Assembly: GCA_015523545.1 (NCBI GenBank)
Contig: WAKB01000008.1
Coordinates: 6,247-70,246, forward strand
Source: Candidatus Geothermarchaeota archaeon
GTDB taxonomy: Archaea; Thermoproteota; Nitrososphaeria; Geothermarchaeales; JDFR-13
Reading direction: 5' to 3'
DNA: 64,000 nucleotides
The notes under the pieces were generated by a model, which was not told where the DNA came from, did not search any database, and worked only from the letters and a program-made list of their open reading frames with translations. The position numbers and the translations under genes were made by a program. Position 1 is the first letter of the stretch. The number at the start of each line of letters is the position of its first letter. This document shows, piece after piece, positions 37,709 through 45,515 of the stretch.

Positions 37709-37903
37709 TCATCCCCACCTCCACTTCTCAAGCATCCTATCCTTCTTAGTCGCCTTCTTATACTCCTTCCAATGATCCTTGCAGAGCTTAACCCTACGTC
37801 CAGGGAGGAGCCTAGACCCAAAGACCTTGGAGGCCTTCTCCCTAGAGATGGTCTTATAGGCCTCCGCCCCACACCCCTCTACACTACACGACTCTCGAGC
37901 CAT
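37709..37903 (-). CDS. small basic zinc-finger protein, function unknown
   Basis: 64 aa from ATG 37903: MARESCSVEGCGAEAYK...VKLCKDHWKEYKKATKK (C-x4-C...C-x2-H). Lies 19 nt upstream of thrS. Confidence 0.5.
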   Translation of the reverse strand: MARESCSVEGCGAEAYKTISREKASKVFGSRLLPGRRVKLCKDHWKEYKKATKKDRMLEKWRWG

Positions 37904-37959
37904 GAGAATATAATATGGGTACACAGAATCATTAATCTTCGGTCTAGTCTAGACGGCTG

Positions 37960-38556
37960 ATGAAGATGCTGAATAAGCTACGCCCCCACGTATCTGGGAA
38001 ACTAGAGAGGCTAGGGCTGATCCTAGCCAAACATGGAGTTAAACCTACACACGTAAGCCTAGCGGGGTTCCTACTCGCCCTCCTCTCAATAGCACCCCTC
38101 ATCCTTCTAGATAGAGCCATTGGGACATCAATATTCATCACAATGATCATTTTATCCGGTGCAGCCGACGCCCTCGATGGGTCTATAGCCAGAGCATCCG
38201 GAACGGTCTCCAGGAAGGGGAGCCTACTAGACTCGGTACTAGACAGGCTTACCGACACCCTCATCCTCCTCTACATATACATAGGAGGAGTGACGGGCAA
38301 CGCAGCCCTCGTAATACTGCTCGTGGCGACAAGCCTAATCATCTCCTATATACGTTCAAAAGCCGAGTCACTAGGTGTGGAGATGTCTGGAGTGGGATTG
38401 ATGGAGAGGGGTGAAAGGATAATGATGATCCTCATAGCAGTAGCCACACATCTATTCAACCCCATATACACCGAGTACATCCTCACACTACTCCTCATCC
38501 TAAACCTAGTGACGATCACTCAGAGACTACACCACGCGTGGAAGAGCCTCAGCTAA
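37960..38556 (+). CDS. CDP-alcohol phosphatidyltransferase (archaetidyl-inositol-phosphate/serine synthase class)
   Basis: Signature D-x2-DG-x2-AR-x8-G-x3-D-x3-D is present: DALDGSIARASGTVSRKGSLLDSVLDRLTD. About 6 TM spans. Confidence 0.9.
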   Translation: MKMLNKLRPHVSGKLERLGLILAKHGVKPTHVSLAGFLLALLSIAPLILLDRAIGTSIFITMIILSGAADALDGSIARASGTVSRKGSLLDSVLDRLTDTLILLYIYIGGVTGNAALVILLVATSLIISYIRSKAESLGVEMSGVGLMERGERIMMILIAVATHLFNPIYTEYILTLLLILNLVTITQRLHHAWKSLS

Positions 38557-39943
38557 ACATACGCCTCGTCCTACCCATAGCCTCAAACCCAACATCCCTC
38601 ACCCTAACAACCAGGGGGAAGTCGGACACCACACGTCCAAGTACCAGACATGACCCTCTACCCAAGTCCTTAACCACAAGCTTCACCGAGTCCGCATCCA
38701 CATTAGATACCTTCGAGAGCGTCTCAAGATCCTTATCGTTGAGAAAGCGGAAAACAAAGATGTTATCCAGCTGTCTAAAGATGGTCTGGTCCAGAGAGTC
38801 TGGCTGATTAGTGATGAATACTGGGAAAAGGCCGAAATGCCTCATCCTAGTGACGATATCCTCCCAGTAGGTCTCCCTGATATAGAGATGAGCCTCCTCA
38901 GCGAAGAGGAATAGTGGAGGGAGCCTCCTCGCCTCCAAGAGCCTAGAAATCTTGCTCAGAAATATCTCTACAAGTATCCTCCTCTCCACCCCCGAGAGAT
39001 CCCTAAGATTCACTATGTAGCCCCTAGAATCCTTGAACAGACCTTCAAGCCTAAAACCCCCACGTGGATCTATAAACCTACAGTTCTCCAAAATGTTAAG
39101 CCTGGATAGTATAGCATCCTTCACCATCAAGTTCTTAACACTGGCATCTAGATATCTAGCCACTATACCCGAGTTGAACCTACCCTCCCTCCTCATTATA
39201 GAGTCCCAGAGCTCGGCTAGAATGTTTGAAGAAACATGCGGCAGGTCCAGAATCTTCGTCATCACATTTACAACCGTATCCTTACCCAGATACTCTATCG
39301 AGAAGACTATATCCTCACCAGGCTCCAACACCCTGAAGCCCTCACTCTCCAAGCCTAGATATTCCCTGTTAAGATCGAAGATCAACACATTACCACCTAG
39401 ACTGACCAGACTATAGGCAAGTAGCTTGGCTAGATGAGACTTCCCACTCCCCTTCATCCCAGTTATCAAAGTCAGCGAACCATCAAGTTCATAGGCATCA
39501 ATAACCATAGAGTTTCCCAAGAGGTCAGAACCTATGAGGACGGGATACTTCACATCCTTCCCGATTATCTCGAAGAGACGATCTGCCGACAACCTAACGA
39601 TCTTGGAATAAGCCCTTGATGGGAGATCATCCACAAAATTTACCGCCCTACCCCCCTTATAGGCAGACCTAATCTTACACTTCAGGATCTTAAGATCATT
39701 AATCAGTATAGATACACGGTCATACTCCACACTGCCATCATATGTACTGAGCCTTATCAACCCCTCCCTAATCACCTCCTCAATCAACCCAGGGACATCG
39801 ACATACTCAAAGTCAACGACCTGTACAATCAGCCCCACAGACTTCTCCTCATCCATCACCAGCAGATACTCACCCTTATAGACAGACTCTCCAGGAAAAG
39901 CTACGATCTCCAGCGTATCACCCTCCTTCCTATACACCTTCAT
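38549..39943 (-). CDS. HerA-like (DUF87/FtsK-HerA superfamily) ATPase
   Basis: N-terminal barrel-like GEYLLVMDEEKSVGLIVQVVD, Walker A ITGMKGSGKSH, Walker B LFLFAEEAHLY, FITNQPDSL. ATG 39943 follows GGAGGGTGG (alternative ATG at 39973). Confidence 0.8.
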   Translation of the reverse strand: MKVYRKEGDTLEIVAFPGESVYKGEYLLVMDEEKSVGLIVQVVDFEYVDVPGLIEEVIREGLIRLSTYDGSVEYDRVSILINDLKILKCKIRSAYKGGRAVNFVDDLPSRAYSKIVRLSADRLFEIIGKDVKYPVLIGSDLLGNSMVIDAYELDGSLTLITGMKGSGKSHLAKLLAYSLVSLGGNVLIFDLNREYLGLESEGFRVLEPGEDIVFSIEYLGKDTVVNVMTKILDLPHVSSNILAELWDSIMRREGRFNSGIVARYLDASVKNLMVKDAILSRLNILENCRFIDPRGGFRLEGLFKDSRGYIVNLRDLSGVERRILVEIFLSKISRLLEARRLPPLFLFAEEAHLYIRETYWEDIVTRMRHFGLFPVFITNQPDSLDQTIFRQLDNIFVFRFLNDKDLETLSKVSNVDADSVKLVVKDLGRGSCLVLGRVVSDFPLVVRVRDVGFEAMGRTRRMFS

Positions 39944-40937
39944 CCCTACCACCCTCCACAGATCCCAATACATGAGGCCTATAGGGGATCGACATCCTAA
40001 GCTTCACACCCTTAGAGGCCAACTGGAATATGAGGCCAACGATATCCTTAGCACCCAGCTTCGAAAGGGTATGGGCCTCCACCAAGACACTAGGATATCC
40101 CGTGGGATTCGAGGGGAGGGAATATATGATGTCCAGAACCTCCTCACCAGACCCAATTGAAACATCTATCCTAAATGGATAGCCGCTCGAGACGTTGAGG
40201 AATCCCAGATATGTATAGAAGCCCTTTGCACCACCCTTTACACGAGAAACCCCATCAATATCCATCGACCGGAAATAGTTAAGGATGGAGACATGCCTCT
40301 TAACCAGCCTACTCCTCTTCGATATCCCTACTATGTGGACACCCCTCCTAGAAGCCTCCTCAACCACATATCTATAGATATCCGGCCTAACAACACCATG
40401 GCCAAGCAGACCATCAATAAGCACAACACCGCTCTCTATCCCACTGACAAGCCTAGCCACTACCGAGTATTCATATACACTTAGGAGGACACGCCTAGCT
40501 ATACCCATATCACCGAGGATCACAGTCTTTGTGGAACCATCAAAAATAGTTAATCCAGCCAACTCCCTCAGCAGTTCTGGATAGAGATACACAGCATGTG
40601 GCCCATCCACCCTAACCCTAGTAGACCCATTCAACATGTCATACTCAACCACCGCAGACCTTATCCCCATAACGACACCCTCAACACCCTCAGCCAAGGG
40701 GACTATCGAGGCGTCAACCGCGTATACGACACCGTCCCAATCGACCTTCTGAAGCACATGGAGAGACTCGGGAACCTCAATATCGGCCCTAGCTATCAAC
40801 GGCGAATAGGAATACTGAGCCCTGGGGAGCCGAGGTATAAAAACCTTACCACCAGCCCTCGATAGCGATGTGGATAGCGTCATCTGGATCTTATCCACCA
40901 TAGAGTCTAGCTCCGGCGTTGTCTTTTGAAACTTCAT
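39930..40937 (-). CDS. NurA-like nuclease
   Basis: Blocks VYAVDAS, SVYEYS, VVLIDGLLG, IVGISKRSRL and GYPSVLVEAHTLSKL follow NurA catalytic-motif order. Overlaps the ATPase gene by 14 nt. Confidence 0.7.
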   Translation of the reverse strand: MKFQKTTPELDSMVDKIQMTLSTSLSRAGGKVFIPRLPRAQYSYSPLIARADIEVPESLHVLQKVDWDGVVYAVDASIVPLAEGVEGVVMGIRSAVVEYDMLNGSTRVRVDGPHAVYLYPELLRELAGLTIFDGSTKTVILGDMGIARRVLLSVYEYSVVARLVSGIESGVVLIDGLLGHGVVRPDIYRYVVEEASRRGVHIVGISKRSRLVKRHVSILNYFRSMDIDGVSRVKGGAKGFYTYLGFLNVSSGYPFRIDVSIGSGEEVLDIIYSLPSNPTGYPSVLVEAHTLSKLGAKDIVGLIFQLASKGVKLRMSIPYRPHVLGSVEGGRDEGV

Positions 40938-40968
40938 AAATCTTCATGAATACTATTGAATAGACAAG

Positions 40969-40978
40969 TATTTAAATA
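40969..40978. promoter_or_regulatory. perfect 10-bp palindrome TATTTAAATA, candidate bidirectional TATA element
   Basis: Lies in the 47-bp divergent spacer between the nurA-like start (40937) and the wHTH gene. It is about 36 nt from ATG 40937 and about 33 nt from ATG 41006. Confidence 0.35.
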
Positions 40979-41005
40979 TTTAACATGAGGAAATCATTAG
41001 GTGGG

Positions 41006-41389
41006 ATGGATGACGAGGTCAGGGTAAAGGTTAGGATAGGAGATATCGAGGTGGAGATAACGGGCACCCCCGAGAAGATTGGGGAGGTCGTCCCTAATAT
41101 CATAGAGAGTATCAAGTCTGGAGCCACCCCAAAGGAGCAGAGGAAACCAATTGGGAGGAGCTGCAAAGACGTGATCTACGAGCTATGGAGAGAGGGGTGG
41201 TTCAAGGAGGAGAGGAGGCTTGGAGACGTCTATGAAGAGCTGACTAAGAGAGGGTACTACTTCGACAAGAGCGCTATATCCCACGCCCTCTCCTCACTAG
41301 TGAAGGAGGGTATACTAACCCGTATGGGGAAGGAGAGGAGATATACCTACGTCCAAAAAATACCCTACACGACCAAGATCCGCGGCTAG
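41006..41389 (+). CDS. small winged-helix protein, paralogue 1 of 3
   Basis: C-terminal wHTH-like LGDVYEELTKRGYYFDKSAISHALSSLVKEGILTRMGKERRYTYV. Start at ATG 41006 is preferred over 40985 because the palindromic TATA lies only 7 nt before 40985. Confidence 0.6.
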   Translation: MDDEVRVKVRIGDIEVEITGTPEKIGEVVPNIIESIKSGATPKEQRKPIGRSCKDVIYELWREGWFKEERRLGDVYEELTKRGYYFDKSAISHALSSLVKEGILTRMGKERRYTYVQKIPYTTKIRG

Positions 41390-41865
41390 AGCTTCTCAAG
41401 AAGATAAAGTAGCCCCCTCAACGAGATCTTATACCTGACCGGCTTACCACCCACCTTCTCGACGAGCCCCATGGATCTAAGCTCACTAAGCCTTGAAGAA
41501 ACAGACTTAGGGGTAGAGACGACAATACTTGATAACTGGTCAAGCGTCATGGACTCCTCCCTCCTAAGGCCGGATACATGGAGAACCTTGGATAGCCCTA
41601 GGGCACTCAGGATCTTGAGCTGCATAGATAGTCCATCGGCCTCCTCGAGTAGGACGATCTCACCATCCATCGTAGCCTTCGCAACCCTACTAAGCTTCTC
41701 CGATAGGGCCTTATAGTCAGGCTCTATGAATAGGGTTGAGGCAAGCCTCATCCCAGGGACGACCTTGTCTAGCCATAGCATGACCTGCTCCTTGACCTCT
41801 AGCGGATCCCCCTCGAAATCAGCCTCCAAATCACCATATTTCAGGTGGACCTTGAGATCAGTCAT
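41386..41865 (-). CDS. small winged-helix protein, paralogue 2 of 3
   Basis: N-terminal LKVHLKYGDLEADFEGDPLEVKEQV and C-terminal LDQLSSIVVSTPKSVSSRLSELRSMGLVEKVGGKPVRYKIS. Same strand as, and 16 nt after, paralogue 3. Confidence 0.6.
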   Translation of the reverse strand: MTDLKVHLKYGDLEADFEGDPLEVKEQVMLWLDKVVPGMRLASTLFIEPDYKALSEKLSRVAKATMDGEIVLLEEADGLSMQLKILSALGLSKVLHVSGLRREESMTLDQLSSIVVSTPKSVSSRLSELRSMGLVEKVGGKPVRYKISLRGLLYLLEKL

Positions 41866-41881
41866 TCCGCCTAGTCACCAG

Positions 41882-42313
41882 TCAGGGCCCTGCAGAGACA
41901 TATCTATATATCTTGTCATCACCCTTAATACGTCTCAACTCCCCCCTCTCCACAAGCCGCTTAAGAGTCACCGCAACAGTACTCTTATTGAAATACTGGC
42001 CCATAGATGCCAGGGCATCGATAACCTCCTTCAACGTCCGGGGTTTCCTACCCCATTCACTATCAAACATCTTCCTCAATATCGAGGGCAGATTGTCACC
42101 CCTCTCGATCTTGATACTGGGCAGGTCGATCTCAAGCTCCTCCTCACCCTGCACTTCATCACTAGGCTCCAAAATCTCGGCTTCAAGCTGGGATAGTGAG
42201 ACGACCTTCTCTAGGAAATAGTCCACATCCTCCCTACTCCCCCTAACCTCTATCTTCAATACCGTCCCACCACCCCTCCTCAGGACGACCTTCAGATACA
42301 CCTCCCCACTCAT
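41882..42313 (-). CDS. small winged-helix protein, paralogue 3 of 3
   Basis: LKEVIDALASMGQYFNKSTVAVTLKRLVERGELRRIKGDDKIYRYV aligns with paralogue 1. The start ATG forms an ATGA overlap with the gatE stop. Confidence 0.6.
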   Translation of the reverse strand: MSGEVYLKVVLRRGGGTVLKIEVRGSREDVDYFLEKVVSLSQLEAEILEPSDEVQGEEELEIDLPSIKIERGDNLPSILRKMFDSEWGRKPRTLKEVIDALASMGQYFNKSTVAVTLKRLVERGELRRIKGDDKIYRYVSAGP

Positions 42314-44184
42314 ACTATCTCCTCCACGAGTCTTAGGACAGTCTTTGGATCCACCTTTCCGCGATACTTAGACATGGCTATACCCATCAGCCTCTTAACA
42401 AGTATTTCACGTGGAAGCTCCCTTAGGTCACTACGGCTCTCCAAAACACCCATCAGGAATGACCGGAGCTCCTCCGTATCCATGGACATTTTATGCTTCT
42501 CAATAGCATCATCTACATCCATACCCTTGGCAACCTCCCTATACACCTCCTCCACGGCCTCCTTAGCCAATACACCCCTATCAACAGCCTGCGCAACCCT
42601 CAGCATCACCTCCGGGGTGACCCGCTCCATATCAACACCTTCACGTGACAGGGAGCGGGGAATCGACCTTATCAGGTGTATAACATATCTAGGCTTCAGG
42701 TTCCTAGAGCTACTAAGTATGGATTCGAAGAGATCTAGCAGATCCGAGTCGTATAGATCCTCGGCCTCCTCCCTCGAGATGCCATATCTCTCCACCAGCT
42801 CATTAATAACCTCCTCCGGATCCCTGACAACTATCCTCTCACGTATGTCCATAATCCTCGAGGGTCCAACGGGGATTGGTGGGACATCGGTCTCCGGATA
42901 CATCCTAGCCATCCCCGGCCTAGGCCTCATGTAATAAGTTGACCCATCGGGACCCGCCGCCCTAGTCTCCGGGGGGACGCCATCCAGGGCCTCGGCGCAA
43001 CGCTCCCTGATCTTCTCGAACGTCAGCTCCCTAAGGCTAGGATCCTCAAGCCCAACTATTATGAAGCCATCCATCTCATCCATACCCAGTCTTCTACGTA
43101 CAGCCTCCACCTCATCACTGGATATGCCATATCCTGGCAGCTCATCACTGTGGAAGAGACCCTTGAGACCAGTCCAGAAACGCAGCCTATCCAGTATCTC
43201 CCTAGCGAATGTCCTACCCCCAATATCCATGCCCAGGATACCCGCGAACTTGGGTAGCCTTATCCCGAATATCTCGCCACCCCTATCCAAAACCCTCCGG
43301 ATAACCTTACTCGATGTGGATCTGAATATATCTGTCAGGAGAACCTCCTCTTGAGAAGCTATCTCCTCCTTGGATACCCCCCTATCGGCCAGGATACGGG
43401 CGATCTCTATAAGCTTCCTCTGCCTATTATATTCATATCGAACCACCGCCTCCAGCTGATCCAGCTGCTGCACACCCTTTATCTCGACCACCGCCCCTCC
43501 ATCCACAGATATATTTACATCCTGCCTGACACTCCCTATCCCCCCTCTCTTATATCCGGTAGACCTCACGAGCCTCCCTAGATACCTGGCCACCCTGACA
43601 GCCTCATCAGGCGAGGATATGTCTGGGGCGGTGGAGATCTCTATCAAGGGTATGCCCAGCCTATCCAAGGAGTAGTGCGCCGTACTACCCTCCCTACCCA
43701 AGAGTCGAGACGCCTCCTCCTCTATGGCTAGGGACTGGACACCATACCTCTTATCACCGATGTAGAAATAACCATTAATACCCACCATACCAGTCCTCTG
43801 GAACCCGGTTGTGTTGGAGCCGTCGACAACTATCTTCCTCATAAATATCAGTTCATCCACCACATCCATCCTGAGATAGTCAGCTATCGCCACTGCTACA
43901 TCGATCGCCAACTCGTCAGGGAGATGCGGGGGCTCCTCATCCATCTCCACGAGGCAGCTAGACTCTACCGGGGAGGAATACCTAATCGTCAGACCCTTCT
44001 CAAACTCGAAGAGCGCCGCCGGGTCGACCTGGCCCAGCTCACTCTGCGTAGGCCTAAGCCTCCTAATAAACTCTACCTCCCTACCCACCACCGGGTTTGA
44101 GGGACATTTACAGAACAGCTTCCTACCAGTATCCAGCTGTATATGGACCTCCAGCCCAACCTTCAGACCCTTATATCCAGTCAT
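42310..44184 (-). CDS. gatE: Glu-tRNA(Gln) amidotransferase subunit E
   Basis: MTGYKGLKVGLEVHIQLDT..KLFC N-terminus plus a GatB-like core and tail. ATG 44184 overlaps the gatD end by 14 nt. Confidence 0.95.
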   Translation of the reverse strand: MTGYKGLKVGLEVHIQLDTGRKLFCKCPSNPVVGREVEFIRRLRPTQSELGQVDPAALFEFEKGLTIRYSSPVESSCLVEMDEEPPHLPDELAIDVAVAIADYLRMDVVDELIFMRKIVVDGSNTTGFQRTGMVGINGYFYIGDKRYGVQSLAIEEEASRLLGREGSTAHYSLDRLGIPLIEISTAPDISSPDEAVRVARYLGRLVRSTGYKRGGIGSVRQDVNISVDGGAVVEIKGVQQLDQLEAVVRYEYNRQRKLIEIARILADRGVSKEEIASQEEVLLTDIFRSTSSKVIRRVLDRGGEIFGIRLPKFAGILGMDIGGRTFAREILDRLRFWTGLKGLFHSDELPGYGISSDEVEAVRRRLGMDEMDGFIIVGLEDPSLRELTFEKIRERCAEALDGVPPETRAAGPDGSTYYMRPRPGMARMYPETDVPPIPVGPSRIMDIRERIVVRDPEEVINELVERYGISREEAEDLYDSDLLDLFESILSSSRNLKPRYVIHLIRSIPRSLSREGVDMERVTPEVMLRVAQAVDRGVLAKEAVEEVYREVAKGMDVDDAIEKHKMSMDTEELRSFLMGVLESRSDLRELPREILVKRLMGIAMSKYRGKVDPKTVLRLVEEIV

Positions 44185-45511
44185 CCACACACCTCCTCCT
44201 AGCCGGGAAACTCCTGGGGAGCATATCGTGAGATATAGGTGTAGGCATGAGAGTATCGAGATAGTCCTTGCCAAAACTCCCTAGGATCCAAGAGGCCTTT
44301 ACATAGGCGGTCTCAGAAAGCATATCCTCCAGGGGCACCACACCTATACGTAGGAGATCCCTACCAGTATCATACACCCTGAGGTTAGTCCTACCCCATA
44401 TACACTGCGAAGCCATGAAGACCCTGACCTCCTCTATAAACTCCTCCAAAACCTCTATAATACCCTGGGACACGTGACCTAGGCCGGACCCCTCAATCAC
44501 CAAGGCATCAATACCAGAGGCCATGACCAGCCTGACCACACTTGGATCCATGCCGGGGAAGAATTTGAGTAGGAATACTCCCCTCTCTGCGAAGCCAGGC
44601 CTATACTCGACACTACCCCCACCCCTCTTGACAAAACTCAGCTCATCCCTAAGCCAGGTATATCTGATCTCCTTGAGATTCTTGACGAGGGCTAAGGGAG
44701 GGGCACCAATAGTCTCGAAGGCATATCTGGCACTAGTATGGTTCTTCCTAACCCTTGTACCCAGATGGATAGCCACCAAGTCGTCAGATGTTGTGTGATG
44801 CATAGCTACGAAGACACCCCCGACATCCATATTCCCAGCGGCATATAGGGCCGAGAGGAGATTAACAGCAGCATCAGAGCTAGGCCTATCACTAGACCTC
44901 TGAGACCCCACAAATATAACGGGGATGTCGATACCTCTGAGTGCATAGCTTAGGGCAGCCGATGTATAGCCAAGCGTATCAGTACCGTGAAGAACAACGA
45001 CACCATCCACACCATCCCTATAGGCCCTATAGACAGCCTCCGCTATCTTAGCCCAATCACCAGGGGTGAGATGCTCACTATACTTATTCATCAGAACTAC
45101 CGTCTCAATATCCGCAATATCGAGAACCTCAGGAATGATGTCGAAGAGATCCTCCGGCGTAACGGCAGACCTAACCCCTCCAGTTCTATAGTCCACCCTA
45201 CTAAGTATAGTACCACCCACAGCAATGATCCTAACCCGGGGCAGAGAAGCCGGCCTCTCAACCGTCTTCCTAACACCCTCAATACGGCTCCATGGAGGCT
45301 CCAAACGCCTCACATCAGCTATTCGATCCATCCTCATCCCAATGTTATACCCGTTATCCAGCTTCAGGATCAGGATATCCTCTCCCGAGAAGATGGTCTT
45401 AGGCATCAAAACACCTCTAAGCCTCTTCCCCCCGTCATATACAATCTCTACATAGTCCCCCACCTTCACACCGAAGCGTTCCAAGAAGACTTCGTAGATA
45501 GACCTCGTCAT
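44171..45511 (-). CDS. gatD: Glu-tRNA(Gln) amidotransferase subunit D (asparaginase-like)
   Basis: IIAVGGTILS, VVVLHGTDTLGYTSAALSYAL and the HLGTRVRKNHTS asparaginase-family blocks. Confidence 0.95.
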   Translation of the reverse strand: MTRSIYEVFLERFGVKVGDYVEIVYDGGKRLRGVLMPKTIFSGEDILILKLDNGYNIGMRMDRIADVRRLEPPWSRIEGVRKTVERPASLPRVRIIAVGGTILSRVDYRTGGVRSAVTPEDLFDIIPEVLDIADIETVVLMNKYSEHLTPGDWAKIAEAVYRAYRDGVDGVVVLHGTDTLGYTSAALSYALRGIDIPVIFVGSQRSSDRPSSDAAVNLLSALYAAGNMDVGGVFVAMHHTTSDDLVAIHLGTRVRKNHTSARYAFETIGAPPLALVKNLKEIRYTWLRDELSFVKRGGGSVEYRPGFAERGVFLLKFFPGMDPSVVRLVMASGIDALVIEGSGLGHVSQGIIEVLEEFIEEVRVFMASQCIWGRTNLRVYDTGRDLLRIGVVPLEDMLSETAYVKASWILGSFGKDYLDTLMPTPISHDMLPRSFPARRRCVDDWI

Positions 45512-45515
45512 GCCA

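Noticed and set aside
37690-37872. N-terminal extensions in the longest-ORF calls: ThrRS 37690..37872, GatE 44185..44274, AtpB 28534..28578, agmatinase 32534..32599, Gar1 59085..59189, RlmE 60485..60559, RNase HII 62804..62845, EndA 17886..17969.
   Set aside because: The extensions overlap the upstream gene, are compositionally aberrant (R/G/S/P-rich) and precede the conserved family N-terminus. Internal ATGs sit in ATGA overlaps or behind GGAGG-type elements.
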